Source: Dehalococcoidia bacterium
GTDB lineage: Bacteria; Chloroflexota; Dehalococcoidia; Lucifugimonadales; CATOSD01
DNA: 64,000 bases
NCBI GenBank assembly: GCA_965206395.1
Contig: CBDBJK010000027.1
Location: 4,388 to 68,387 of the forward strand
Direction of reading: 5' to 3'
Within the stretch, counting starts at the first letter, position 1. Each line of letters begins with the position of its first letter. The notes under the pieces were generated by a model, which made no database searches, was not told where the DNA came from, and saw nothing but the letters and a program-made list of their open reading frames with translations. This document shows, one piece after another, positions 31,548 to 41,880 of this stretch. Position numbers and translations under genes: made by a program.

Positions 31548-31925
31548 CTACCGGTCTTGTAGCTGCTTCAACCAGCTTTCGACGTCATCGACCGTCTGCA
31601 CCCGCTCACCAGGCGAAGCTATCTGGATCATCGACTTGGCCTGTAATCCCAGATTCGCTGTAGGTTCATAGTTTTTGATAGCTTTGCGGATTTCTTGCAA
31701 TGTCCAGTAGGGTGAGTCGGTCTCTCCCTCTACAAAAAAACACCAGAGGTCGCAGTCTGGGTCTCTTCCCAGGTCTTCCAGATCAATCCGGGTTGCCATT
31801 TCTCGGCCTGTTACTTGCAAGTCCATGCCAGCAAGAGGCGCGTGAAGGTCAATGGCGTTTTGCAACTCCACCTCTGCCTCTATGGGAGCGTTCGTCCAAG
31901 CCTGAACTAGGAATTGATAGCTCAT
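31548..31925 (-). CDS. Hypothetical protein
   Basis: 125-aa ORF with no recognisable motif, between IS630 and a gene remnant. Confidence 0.4.
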   Translation of the reverse strand: MSYQFLVQAWTNAPIEAEVELQNAIDLHAPLAGMDLQVTGREMATRIDLEDLGRDPDCDLWCFFVEGETDSPYWTLQEIRKAIKNYEPTANLGLQAKSMIQIASPGERVQTVDDVESWLKQLQDR

Positions 31926-32227
31926 CTTGCCATACCGCCCTTGTGAGCCTGATTACGTCCTCAGCTTGAGATAATTATAGCTCATTTGTCCTGTTGCTGT
32001 CACGCAACAAGATTCTAGTTGACCAGGGAGACGCTCCTTGCTACACTCGCCCCATCAGCCAGAGGAGAGGGTTCAGATGGAAGGCGAAAGAGTCCAGGGC
32101 CGTATCTCTGCTGGACGAATCACTGTCCATATCCATCGAACTTGGCATGAGGCCGCTCATCGAGCGCGTGCTGTCGCGGCGGGAGATATTGAAGGCTTAA
32201 TCTGAAACTTTGAAAGGAACCTGTGCA

Positions 32228-32614
32228 ATGAGTCAGAAAAATGATGTCGACCAACAAATCATTCAGCTAGAAAAACAGCGCTTGGAGGCTATGACGAGTG
32301 CTGACACCGATGCCTTGGCGCTCATCTTGGCAGACGAACTTACATATACTCACACTTCCGCGGCACAAGACACGAAGCAGAGTTTGATACAGGCCATCCA
32401 GTCTGGCACATTAAAGTATGAATCTATCGCCACCGACGACGTTAGTGTAAGAGTCTATGGCGATACCGCAGTGGTTACGGGGAGCGCAAAGCTGACGGTA
32501 GTGGCGAGAGGTCAGCAAAATAGCTTTGGCCTCCGGTTCACAGATGTGTATGCGAAACAGGAAGAACGCTGGCAGATGGTGGCATGGCAGTCTACTCGTC
32601 TACCGGAAGCCTAG
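32228..32614 (+). CDS. SnoaL-like / DUF4440 (NTF2-fold) protein
   Basis: LEKQRLEAMTSADTDALALILADELTYTHTSAAQDTK...RWQMVAWQSTRL is typical of DUF4440 proteins. Confidence 0.65.
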   Translation: MSQKNDVDQQIIQLEKQRLEAMTSADTDALALILADELTYTHTSAAQDTKQSLIQAIQSGTLKYESIATDDVSVRVYGDTAVVTGSAKLTVVARGQQNSFGLRFTDVYAKQEERWQMVAWQSTRLPEA

Positions 32615-32622
32615 CAATTTAG

Positions 32623-32671
32623 TTCGCAAGCGTTCGGCCTGTGATGTCAGCAGGGGCTGAACGCTTGCGAA
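32623..32671. terminator. Hairpin between convergent genes
   Basis: Perfect 13-bp inverted repeat TTCGCAAGCGTTC / GAACGCTTGCGAA with a 23-nt loop. Confidence 0.45.
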
Positions 32672-32792
32672 TTCTCGATCAACAAGGTGGGCATCAAGCA
32701 TCCTGGCATTATAGTCAATAGTCTAACACTCGCCGAATATTCTGTAGGCCATCCGGACGCTAGCCACAATTCTGTTTTCTTTGGGAATCCTA

Positions 32793-33893
32793 CTAGAAGG
32801 CACTGTCGAACTTGATTATTCCTCGCCCATCTTCTCCCCTGTCCAGAGCGTCGAACCCCTCGTTGATCTGTTCCAGGGAATAGGTTCGAGCGATCAAGCC
32901 TTCTACGTCTAGCTTACCCTTCAGATAAAAGTCCATCATCTTGTCGAAAGATTCGTAAGGGCTAGCAGAGCCATAGTAGCTGCCAACCAGCGATTTCTGG
33001 TTGCGAACAAGGTCTACCATATCGATAGGAGCATGGTCTCCGACCGGGGCCAAGCCCACTATCACGGCTGTGCCGCCTTTGCGCAGCGAGTTGATAGCGC
33101 TAGTTGTTGTCTCAGCGCTTCCAAAAGTATCGAATGCCAGGTCTACACCGCCGCCAGTCAACTCTCTAATGGCCTCTACCGGGTCTACCTCGCGGGAGTT
33201 TACCACATCGGTCGCCCCGAATTTGTATGTTACTTCCAGCTTGTGGTTGTAGATATCGACTGCGATAATTCGGCTGGCATTCATGAGGCGCGCGCCTTGA
33301 ACGGAGTTGAGTCCAACGCCGCCACATCCAAACACGGCTACCGTAGCTCCAGCATGCACGGCAGGATTGTTGATTACTGCGCCAACACCAGTTGTAACGC
33401 AGCAGCCGATAAGTGCAGCCACATGCATGGGTACCTCGTCTGGCATCGGATGGCACGCCTGTTGTGGGATAATTACCGTTTCGGAGAAAACACCAAGTTT
33501 GCCCATCTGGTGCATGTCGAATCCGCCCTTGTGGAGTCGGAAGGTGCCGTCGAACTGCTTTGTTCCTGACTCCGCGTTCGTGTCGCACATTTGAGGATTG
33601 CCCGTGCGACAAGGCCGACAGTGGCCACAGTTGGACACGAACGACAGGACGCATCTGTCGCCGGGTTTGACGCTGGTGACACCTTCGCCAACCTCAATAA
33701 CAGTCCCTGCACCCTCATGGCCGAGCACTATAGGCATCAACGATGTGGTAGCGCCCTTCATGACGTGGATGTCGCTTGCACAGAGACCAGCAACAGCAGT
33801 CTTAACGCGCACCTCACCTGCTTTTGGCGGATCCTGCTCTAGCTCTTCTATTTGAAGTGGCTGATTGGGTTCGTACAGTACGGCTGCTCTCAT
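32793..33893 (-). CDS. Zn-dependent alcohol dehydrogenase (class III-like MDR)
   Basis: GLCASDIHV, GHEGAG and the CGHCRPC structural Zn site, with Rossmann motif VFGCGGVGL. Confidence 0.85.
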   Translation of the reverse strand: MRAAVLYEPNQPLQIEELEQDPPKAGEVRVKTAVAGLCASDIHVMKGATTSLMPIVLGHEGAGTVIEVGEGVTSVKPGDRCVLSFVSNCGHCRPCRTGNPQMCDTNAESGTKQFDGTFRLHKGGFDMHQMGKLGVFSETVIIPQQACHPMPDEVPMHVAALIGCCVTTGVGAVINNPAVHAGATVAVFGCGGVGLNSVQGARLMNASRIIAVDIYNHKLEVTYKFGATDVVNSREVDPVEAIRELTGGGVDLAFDTFGSAETTTSAINSLRKGGTAVIVGLAPVGDHAPIDMVDLVRNQKSLVGSYYGSASPYESFDKMMDFYLKGKLDVEGLIARTYSLEQINEGFDALDRGEDGRGIIKFDSAF

Positions 33894-34056
33894 TGTGCTA
33901 CCTCAGAACTTTTCATAGCTTGGGTCATGCTGGACTCAAACTGTCGTCTGCGCCCAGCATGACGATGCGTAGATTTTTGTGCCGAACAGTGGCACTGCTT
34001 TACCAGGGTCATTTCGACCCTTTGCATAAAATGACGCTGGCAAGCGCGTAGCAGGC

Positions 34057-34836
34057 TTAATCGGCTACGCTGACCTGCCCCACAATAGCTCTCAGGAATT
34101 CCGTCACGTGAGGAAGGACAACATCGCTCCCCTGGGACACCTGCCCGTGGTTCAGGCCGGGGAAGGATACGAAAGCCGCCCCAGGAATATGCTTCGCGCA
34201 CTCCTTGGCCCCTTCATAGAACGCGTCGGCCTCGCCCACATACACCAGGCAGGGCATCGTCATCGTAGGCAGCACGTTGCCAGAAGTTCCTCGCGGTGAG
34301 GTAATAGCGGCGATCAAGGCTTCAGGGTCGTTATCTATCAACCGCGCCTTGCGTTCGGGATCCATTGGATCGCCCTGCGACTCCATGCTGGCTACGTATG
34401 ATTCCATACCCTGGCTGAGAAACTTCACTCGGTCATCGGTTGTGATATTGCCCACAGTATCATAGGGGTGCATCCCTCCGAGGAGTAGAGAGTGGACTCT
34501 CTCAGGGGCGTGTGCGGCGATGCCGAAGCCTATTCGCGCACCCATCGAGTAACCCAGGTAGTGGGCTTTATCGATATTGAGATCGTCTAGCACGGCGGTC
34601 ACGTCGCCTACCCTCAGGCTTATTTCGTATGCTTCCGGGTCGTGAGGCTTGTCACTTTGGCCATGGCCTCTTGCGTCGACCAAGATAGGCTGGTAATCCT
34701 TCTTTAGTGGCTCGACGAACCCATATGCGTACCAGTTCTTCAAGCTGCTGGTGTAGCCGTGCTGGAGGACCAGAGGAGGGCCATTTCCCTCGATGTGATA
34801 GTGGATGCGGACTCCATTATTGTCAACGTATGGCAT
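34057..34836 (-). CDS. Alpha/beta hydrolase
   Basis: The HG oxyanion motif (LVLQHGYT) and nucleophile elbow GYSMG. The start is set at ATG 34836 after GAGGAGG. Confidence 0.8.
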   Translation of the reverse strand: MPYVDNNGVRIHYHIEGNGPPLVLQHGYTSSLKNWYAYGFVEPLKKDYQPILVDARGHGQSDKPHDPEAYEISLRVGDVTAVLDDLNIDKAHYLGYSMGARIGFGIAAHAPERVHSLLLGGMHPYDTVGNITTDDRVKFLSQGMESYVASMESQGDPMDPERKARLIDNDPEALIAAITSPRGTSGNVLPTMTMPCLVYVGEADAFYEGAKECAKHIPGAAFVSFPGLNHGQVSQGSDVVLPHVTEFLRAIVGQVSVAD

Positions 34837-34931
34837 GCTAATCCTCCTCAACCTTATTATTGATTGAACAAGTTGTGCTGTAATGTGCCTGCTGGAATCC
34901 TGCGCCTCAACTGCGTTTCCAGCGATACTCT

Positions 34932-35849
34932 CTAAGACTGAGCCTTATACCAGTCGATTATCTCCTGACCGGTGGCTTTCCAGACTCCGCCGAACTTGGT
35001 CATATGCGCGAGCATTTCGTCCAAGTATTTGATACGGAATGGCTGACCGATGAGCCAGGGATGAATGTTCAGCACGAGCATCCGGCCATTTTCTACGCCA
35101 CTGCGGTACAGTTCGTCGAAGGTCTCACGAGCGATCTCGCTGTATTCCATTATCGGCACGTTGCGGCTTCTGTGAGTGAATATATCGTCCAGGTCCAGAT
35201 GCACGGACAAAGAGAACATTTCCCCTTGCTGCACGTTCATTTTGTAAGGCTGCTCATCGTTAGCCCAGTCACAGACGTACCGAATGCCCTCGGAAGCCAG
35301 GATATTAGGAGTCCGCATGGTCTCATTGAATTCGGGACTTAGCCAGCCGACTGGTTGTTGACCTGTAGCTTTCGACAAGGCCTCAATCGACTCGTGGATG
35401 TATGCGCGCTCCTCGTCTTCCGACATTCCAGCGTGAATCAAATGCCTGACCGTGCTCCCGTGCGCTATGAATTCAGCGCCATATTTCTGGCATTCACGTA
35501 TGACGAAGGGATAGTTTTTTGCCGCTGTGGAATCCATTGCGATTGTGGGCTTGATTCCGTACTTGTCAAGCACCTTCAATACGCGGAAGATGCCCACGCG
35601 GTTACCGTACTCGTGATGAGAGAAACTCATGATGTCGGGGAACCTGCCAAAACCAAATCCCCTGCCACCGCCTGGCGGACCTAAAGGCACTGGGGCATCT
35701 GGGGGCATGTACCAATCGTAATGCTCAAGGTCTACGACGACACACAGGGCGACCCTGGCGTTGTTGGGCCATTCAAGTTTGGGTCGCGTGACAATCGGGG
35801 ACCACTGGTAATATTCGTTGTCTTGTCCGTATTTGCGTTCTGCTGGCAT
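34932..35849 (-). CDS. Polysaccharide deacetylase (NodB-homology) family protein
   Basis: Paralogue of the next gene, with a shared pattern (WPNNARVA...EHY..., HGS/HGI, IHPWLIGQPFRIKYLDE). Confidence 0.7.
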   Translation of the reverse strand: MPAERKYGQDNEYYQWSPIVTRPKLEWPNNARVALCVVVDLEHYDWYMPPDAPVPLGPPGGGRGFGFGRFPDIMSFSHHEYGNRVGIFRVLKVLDKYGIKPTIAMDSTAAKNYPFVIRECQKYGAEFIAHGSTVRHLIHAGMSEDEERAYIHESIEALSKATGQQPVGWLSPEFNETMRTPNILASEGIRYVCDWANDEQPYKMNVQQGEMFSLSVHLDLDDIFTHRSRNVPIMEYSEIARETFDELYRSGVENGRMLVLNIHPWLIGQPFRIKYLDEMLAHMTKFGGVWKATGQEIIDWYKAQS

Positions 35850-35904
35850 ACTATGTCTCCTCGGTGTTGTTCAAAATCAGGTCTTACGTTTCTCGTATTT
35901 CTAC

Positions 35905-36795
35905 CTAGGCAAGACCCTTTTGTTTCTGCTCCTCTACATAGGCCAACACCTTGTCGTAGTAGTTTTCGATGTAGTATTCGGCTATGTCGTCCGCTGTAGT
36001 CTTCCATACGCCGTCATGGGACAATATGTAATCCAGCGCCTCATCCAGATACTTCACACGATGGGGCTGTCCAATCCAATAGGGATGCAACGCTATGCAC
36101 ATCACCCGACCACTTTCCGCGCCTTCTTCGTATAGCGTATCGAACTGGTCTTTGATGATCTGGCAGAAATACTTGGCGTCATTTCCCTGTCCGTTGACAA
36201 TTACGTCGTTCAACTCGATTGTGTATGGCAGGGAGATTAGCTTGCCCGTCTTGACTTTGATTGGAAAGGGCTGGTCGTCGTGGAACCAGTCGGTGTGATA
36301 GATAAGCCCAGCCTCGGCCATCAGGTCGGGGGTGGCTTCGGTGTTTGACAGGGCAGGCCCTAGCATGCCTTTGAGTTGCTTTCCGGTGTGTTTCTTCAGG
36401 GTGTCTATGATGTCTCTGTAGAACTCTCGCTCTTCTTCTTCAGATATGCCGGTAATGAATCGGGTGTTGTAGATGCCATGTGACATGTAGTCATAATTTC
36501 GCTCTACCATAGCATCTCTGATTTCGGGAAAGTGCTCAAGTACGGCCTCGTTCAGTGAGACGCAGCATCGCATGTCGTGCTTATCGAGCACTTCGAGCAT
36601 TCGCCAGAAGCCTATTCGGTTTCCGTAATCGCGGTAGGAATAGCCAGGGATGTCGGGAGTAGTTGGTCTGCTCGGTGGCGTGTACTCATAGTGCTCTACG
36701 TTCGGAGACACCCAAAACGCCACTCTTGCGTCGTTGGGCCACTTGATAATGGGTCGATCAATTATTGGAGAATAATCGAAACGGTCTGGATTCAT
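35905..36795 (-). CDS. Polysaccharide deacetylase (NodB-homology) family protein
   Basis: Tandem paralogue of 34932-35849 (WPNDARVAFWVSPNVEHYEY..., LHPYWIGQPHRVKYLDE). Confidence 0.7.
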   Translation of the reverse strand: MNPDRFDYSPIIDRPIIKWPNDARVAFWVSPNVEHYEYTPPSRPTTPDIPGYSYRDYGNRIGFWRMLEVLDKHDMRCCVSLNEAVLEHFPEIRDAMVERNYDYMSHGIYNTRFITGISEEEEREFYRDIIDTLKKHTGKQLKGMLGPALSNTEATPDLMAEAGLIYHTDWFHDDQPFPIKVKTGKLISLPYTIELNDVIVNGQGNDAKYFCQIIKDQFDTLYEEGAESGRVMCIALHPYWIGQPHRVKYLDEALDYILSHDGVWKTTADDIAEYYIENYYDKVLAYVEEQKQKGLA

Positions 36796-36861
36796 ATGTC
36801 GCCTCCTCGCGAAACTCTGCTGCGCGTTATCGTTGTTCTGTCATTGCGTTTTGAGGCCGGC

Positions 36862-37851
36862 CTAGGTGCCAACGTCTCCGGCACGCCGACCAAGGGTGGA
36901 ATCGTAATCTCGTTGAAGCTCCTTTGGCAGATACTTCTCCTCTATCTCACGGACGCGAGATATGGAAAGCATATCGCTCGGAAGCCGTCTTTCCACTGGC
37001 TTCGCGGCGGTGCCTGTCTTGAATTCGTGGAGAGACTGCACGCCTCTTTCCTTGAAGTCTATCAGCGCCTCCCAACCCGCCTGGCTTGCAGGGCCGGACG
37101 ATAGGCCGACGTAAAGGCCGATCTTTTGTCCATCTGCTTCCTGCTGTTCCAGGCTCGGCCCAGGAATCAGGTTGCCTTCGCTGTCGTGATATATTACGTC
37201 GTGCAAAAGACTGAAAGCAGGGATACTCACAGAGGCAAAGGCTATCTTGCACTCTTCCCAAGATTGAAGCGACTCGAAGAAGATCACGTCGACTCCCGCC
37301 GCCTCGAACGCTTTGCCGCGCTTGATGACCTCATCGAAGCATCCGCCTTCCGCGCCACGAGCGTCGCTGCGGGCGACTATTACGAAGTTGGGGTCTATCT
37401 CGTTGCGTGCGTCTATGGCAGCCTTGTACTTGCCAACTGCCTCATCAATGGTGATGAGCCTTCGCCCAGCCATGCTGCCTGACTTCTTCGGGGACTCCTG
37501 GTCCTCAAGATGGACTCCGGCGACTCCGGCCCATACGTACTCTTTAATCGAACGATAGACGTTGATGGCGGTGCCGTAGCCCGTGTCGATATCGGCGAAC
37601 ACAGGAATGTTGACGGCCTTGACGATGCGTGCGGCGTTGTCGGCCATCTCCCTCAAGGATATGACGCCCACGTCAGGCCATCCGATTGTCCATGCAGATG
37701 TCATCGCCCCAGACATATAAAAGGCTTCGTAACCAGCTCGCTCGGTCATCATCGCGTGGTATGGCGTAGACCCTCCTGGCACGATAGTCAGTCCTGGACG
37801 GTAGAATATCTCTCTGAGTTTCTTTGTCATCTCAGGATTGGATAGTGGCAT
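36862..37851 (-). CDS. Isocitrate lyase / PEP mutase superfamily enzyme with atypical active-site loop
   Basis: FADIDTGYG and GVHLEDQESPKKSGSMAGR. The canonical K(R/K)CGH loop reads KKSGS here. Confidence 0.8.
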   Translation of the reverse strand: MPLSNPEMTKKLREIFYRPGLTIVPGGSTPYHAMMTERAGYEAFYMSGAMTSAWTIGWPDVGVISLREMADNAARIVKAVNIPVFADIDTGYGTAINVYRSIKEYVWAGVAGVHLEDQESPKKSGSMAGRRLITIDEAVGKYKAAIDARNEIDPNFVIVARSDARGAEGGCFDEVIKRGKAFEAAGVDVIFFESLQSWEECKIAFASVSIPAFSLLHDVIYHDSEGNLIPGPSLEQQEADGQKIGLYVGLSSGPASQAGWEALIDFKERGVQSLHEFKTGTAAKPVERRLPSDMLSISRVREIEEKYLPKELQRDYDSTLGRRAGDVGT

Positions 37852-38226
37852 ATTTTCAGCCTCCTTCTAGTTTGCTCATGGTAGTGTAGTTTTCCCGCCT
37901 TTCAGGACTTCTATCACGAGAGCGAGTGTAGCAACGAGCGATGTGGTCGTCAAGCCGAAGTAAGTTATCGCCAACGTATGCCGGACGGCTCTACCTTCCC
38001 GGGCCATCACCGCAGAGGAAGAACACCTCATACAGGGAGAAAACCCCCTGCTTGCAGATATTCTGCGGAAAACCAGGATAGGCTGCCATATCGTCGTATC
38101 TTGCGGCAAGGCTTCAGTCTGATGATTACAGACAATGTGATGGAGAGCAACCTCTACTTGACAAACACGTGGTGTGTGATGAACCTTATAGGGGCAAATT
38201 CAAAGGCAAGAAGAAGGAGGTAACCC

Positions 38227-38991
38227 ATGTGGAATCAGTTACGCACGGACGTAAACGAGGGCATGACCGCCGAGTTAATCACCATAAAGGGACACAATGG
38301 CGACGACATACACGCCTACTTTACCAAGCCCAGCGGGGCGGGGCCGTACCCCGGAATCGTGTTGGTACACCATCTTCCTGGTTGGGATGAGTTCTATCGG
38401 GAGACGGCGCGGCGGTTCACAGATCATGGATACGTGGTGATCTGCCCAGACCTATTCGAACGATTTGGACATGGCACGCCTGAGGACGTGGCAGCCAACG
38501 TACGGGGTAATGGCGGAGTCCCGGACGACAGCGTTGTCGGCGACTGCGAGGACGCGCTGAATTATCTGAAAGCTTTGCCGTACTCCAATGGCAAGGTGGG
38601 GACAATCGGAACATGCTCAGGAGGAAGACACGCCTACCTTGTGGCCTGTCGTGTGAACGGATTCGACGCAATCATAGACTGCTGGGGCGGGAACGTCATA
38701 ATGCCAGAAGATAGGCTAACGCCGCAGCAACCTGTATCGCCTATTGAGTACACGAAAGATCTATCGTGCCCGTTGCTCGGCCTGTTCGGGAACGAAGACC
38801 AAAGCCCATCACCGGAGCAGGTGAACCAGCATGAGGAAGAGTTGAAGCGGCTCTCGAAGACATACGAGTTCCACAGGTACGACGACGCCGGACACGGATT
38901 CTACTACTACGACCGGCCACCTTATAGGCAGCAGCAAGCTATGGATGCCTGGAACAAGATGTTCGATTTCTTTGGGAAGCACCTCGCCTAG
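38227..38991 (+). CDS. Dienelactone hydrolase family protein
   Basis: GIVLVHHLPGWDEFYRETARRFTDHGYVVICPDLF, nucleophile context GTCSGG, and a C-terminal DDAGHGF. Confidence 0.8.
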   Translation: MWNQLRTDVNEGMTAELITIKGHNGDDIHAYFTKPSGAGPYPGIVLVHHLPGWDEFYRETARRFTDHGYVVICPDLFERFGHGTPEDVAANVRGNGGVPDDSVVGDCEDALNYLKALPYSNGKVGTIGTCSGGRHAYLVACRVNGFDAIIDCWGGNVIMPEDRLTPQQPVSPIEYTKDLSCPLLGLFGNEDQSPSPEQVNQHEEELKRLSKTYEFHRYDDAGHGFYYYDRPPYRQQQAMDAWNKMFDFFGKHLA

Positions 38992-39021
38992 AGACCGCGA
39001 CAATATTGGAGGAGAGCAAAG

Positions 39022-39288
39022 ATGTGTACGATGATCGTTGAGAATGCCCAGGTTTCCGGAAGCGGAAGAGGGGCGAATGGATGGTTCGAGGTTCGGCAGG
39101 CAAATGTGTCGTTTGACCATCCCTTCAACGCCCAGCTTGAACATGCGTTGAACATAGACTTTGTGAACGAGGAATTGGGTCTGGATGCGAGGGTGGCTGT
39201 GGAGCTATCCCCAGAGTCAGCGCGACGGCTGATGGAGGCGATAGGCACAGCATTGAAACGCGGCGAAGCAGAGGTGGGAATCTCGTAA
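39022..39288 (+). CDS. Hypothetical small protein
   Basis: 88-aa ORF closely following the DLH gene. No motif recognised. Confidence 0.4.
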   Translation: MCTMIVENAQVSGSGRGANGWFEVRQANVSFDHPFNAQLEHALNIDFVNEELGLDARVAVELSPESARRLMEAIGTALKRGEAEVGIS

Positions 39289-39409
39289 TTCCTGCACGTG
39301 GCTGCAGGTGATGGATTTGGGGGGAATTACTTCAAGCCATTCAATCACCTCTATGCCAGAAGCTCGAAGACCCACATACAGACGTGTTGTAAAAGGAAAA
39401 TATAACTAA

Positions 39410-40289
39410 GAGCGTCTAACAAAACCATTATTGGAACAGAAAGCGAGAGCAGATGATGGCACAACCTATGGCCAAGAAAGCCTCATGTATGTCTGCCCTG
39501 CGCTCATATCGAACCCGTAAGCGTCGGAACTGATGAAGCCAACTCAGGCTTCTCTCAACCACCCATCTATGCACACCCAACCCGCTGCCATGCGGCTCAC
39601 CTCGCTTGGCCAGCAGCGGCCAGATATGTCGCTTCTTCAACTCCTTGCGAACAGGCTCAGAGTCATACCCTCTGTCTCCCTGCGCCTGAAGAGGACGCTT
39701 GCGAGGCCTGCCTCGCTTGCCCTTGACAGCAGATATGGCATCCACCAACTCAAGGGCTTGGGTGACATCGTGAGCGTTCGCGCCAGTCAACCTGACCGCC
39801 AGTGGAATGCCCTGGGCATCGGTTATGATATGATGCTTGCTACCCGCCTTCGCCCTGTCCGTGGGGTTGGGGCCTGTTTTCTGCCCCCAAAAACTGCTCG
39901 CACTGAAGCACTGTCCAGCACTGCGCGAGTCCAGTCTATGCGCTCAGCTGCTTGCAGGCGCTCAAGGCATACCAAGTGGATGCGCTCCCAGACTCCCGAC
40001 TGGTGCCAATCTCTGAGGCGCCTCCAGCAGGTCATCCCACTGCCACAGTCCATCTCCTTGGGTAGGTCTTCCCAGCCAATGCCTGTCTTTAGCACGAACA
40101 GTATCCCACTTAGGACCTGTCTGTCAGGTATCCTGGGCCTTCCTCCTTTCGGCTTCGGTGGTTGTGGCGGCAGTAAAGGTTGCACCAGTTCCCAGAATTC
40201 ATCGCTTACAAGGGGCTTAGACATTAGGTCATCCTCCTCCAGAGAATGTCCAGATTCTAACCCCTTTTATTAGGTTTTGTTAGACGCTC
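39410..40289 (-). mobile_element. IS5-family (IS427-like) insertion sequence, copy A (880 bp)
   Basis: 17-bp perfect terminal IRs GAGCGTCTAACAAAACC / GGTTTTGTTAGACGCTC flanked by TAA/TAA. It differs from copy B (42578-43457) by only 2 SNPs that I could find. Confidence 0.9.
39428..40224 (-). CDS. IS5-family transposase OrfAB (-1 frameshift at AGAAAAC)
   Basis: OrfA is MSKPLVSDEFWELVQPLLPP...GRPRIPDRQVLSGILFVLKTGIGWEDLP. OrfB is ...GPNPTDRAKAGSKHHIITDAQGIPLAVRLTGANAHD... in the -1 frame. The slippery A-AAA-C lies at plus-strand 39876-39882. Confidence 0.8.
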
Positions 40290-40324
40290 TAAGTGTTACC
40301 AAACGCTCTGATGCCTGCTAGGTA

Positions 40325-41344
40325 TCAGAGCGTTTGGCGAACGACCTCGGCTGTCTCAACCAGGAGCCTTGCCTTGGCGTGTGCCAGTTTTCGATCGATG
40401 GTTCTGAGGCCACAGTCCGGAGCTATGAGTAGACGCTCAGGAGCCACAGTCCTCAGCGCAGAATTCACCTGATTTACAAGGTCTTGCACCGGCGGTGCGG
40501 GGGTGTCGCCCGGGTCAAGACATCCGAGCATCACTAACCGGTCCTGGCACAGACTGAGGACAGCAGGATCGTAGCCACTCCTGGCGAACTCCACTGAAAA
40601 TCCCTCGATTCTGGTCTGCATAAGGAGTTCCAGAAGTTCAGGATACGTGTATTCGTACTGACGAACACCGACGCCAGGATAGCCATAGCACAGATGGACT
40701 ATCGTGGGGACTGTCACGCCCTCTAGACAGCGGTCGAGAGCCTGCGCGCCATATCCCGCGACCTTTTCATGGTATCGAGTCATGGCAGGCTCGTCGATCT
40801 GCAACACATCGGCCCCAGCAGCTTGCAGGTCGAGCAGCTCCATGTTGAGAGCTGTGGCGACGTCCATTGCCAGAGCTTCCTCATCTCCGTAAGCCTCGTC
40901 ATAGGTAGAATCGATGATTGTCATGGGGCCTGGAACCGTCATCTTGACCGGTTTGGCAGTGCGGGCTTTCACGAAAAGGAAATCATCGACAGCCGCAGGA
41001 GAACGACGCTGTACACGGCCTACCACGCAGGGGACAGGTCGCTCGGTAGTTCGTCGCCGGATAGCCTTCGGCTGCCTCTTATCGAGGTCAATGCCGTCCC
41101 ATGCAGCTAGGATGTGATGGATGAAGCTTAATCGCCTCTGCTCCCCGTCCGTGAGCAGATCAAGGCCCACTTCCTCCTGCTCACGAAGGCAGAGCACCGT
41201 CGCATCGTCCTGAGCTTCCAGGAGAGGATCGCCGTCAAGAGCGAACTCTGTGCGTAGGCGATCGCCCTGTTCGGTCGAACGGACAAGCCAACCCGGTTGC
41301 GGAAAGCTTCCGACGGTGGTTGCCGCGACTGGCGGAAGTTGCAT
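40325..41344 (-). CDS. MetE C-terminal-like (cobalamin-independent methionine synthase family) Zn methyltransferase
   Basis: TTVGSFPQPGWL N-terminus and Zn ligands VHLCYG and PDCGL. Confidence 0.7.
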   Translation of the reverse strand: MQLPPVAATTVGSFPQPGWLVRSTEQGDRLRTEFALDGDPLLEAQDDATVLCLREQEEVGLDLLTDGEQRRLSFIHHILAAWDGIDLDKRQPKAIRRRTTERPVPCVVGRVQRRSPAAVDDFLFVKARTAKPVKMTVPGPMTIIDSTYDEAYGDEEALAMDVATALNMELLDLQAAGADVLQIDEPAMTRYHEKVAGYGAQALDRCLEGVTVPTIVHLCYGYPGVGVRQYEYTYPELLELLMQTRIEGFSVEFARSGYDPAVLSLCQDRLVMLGCLDPGDTPAPPVQDLVNQVNSALRTVAPERLLIAPDCGLRTIDRKLAHAKARLLVETAEVVRQTL

Positions 41345-41880
41345 AGTAATTCCCTCCTCTGAGCAATCGGCAAATTTAGCCGTTGTCTCGGTCTAGTCTA
41401 TCAAGATTTCCCCATGCATAGTAACTGGCGTGGCGATTCCTATGGGGATTCCTGTCACGTCACCGATGAGCGAGATAATTGGCGAGATATTCAGCGCCAA
41501 GCCATTGAGTGCTGTAAGACTTTGGACCCTCGGCAATCGTCCGTAACAGGCAATTTTCCGTTGGCAACGCAAAGATAGTCGCCGTCACCTCTTCTGCAAC
41601 CCCCAGTTTCGCCTCAGACGCTTGACAATCATGCAAGAATGCTTTAGTCTTGTTCTACAAGAGCCATTCTTCACAAGATTATAAGTTTCAGTGTTGAAAG
41701 AGGGCTCGTTCGTAAGGATACAGAAATTCGCCTCAATCGATTCCTAGGAAGGTGTCGAAATGTGATAGTTGTCTAGTTTTCAGACTAGCCTTAACACGAA
41801 TGCCGAACCGTGCTACATCGACACATGAACAGTCAATGAGCACCTGATCAATCCATCTAGTCAATCAAGGAGAATAACTC

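Noticed and set aside
31994-32200. 68-aa ORF ending ...LDESLSISIELGMRPLIERVLSRREILKA, reminiscent of the C-terminal end of large regulatory ATPase/TPR proteins.
   Set aside because: Only about 30 residues look familiar and the resemblance rests on memory. It is possibly a gene remnant next to IS630, but that is not supportable as a feature.
39533-40273. 246-aa plus-strand ORF (also at 42701-43441) covering almost the whole IS427-like element.
   Set aside because: It is antisense to the recognisable OrfAB transposase, has a Ser/Arg/Leu/Pro-rich translation and shows no motif. It is conserved between copies only because the DNA is near-identical.
41345-41880. 535-bp AT-richer non-coding gap upstream of the MetE-like gene, inspected for cobalamin or SAM riboswitch motifs and for small TA genes.
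   Set aside because: No B12-box-like or SAM-I core motifs were recognisable by eye. Only short ORFs (55 aa or less) without SD sequences or motifs are present. It needs an Rfam scan.
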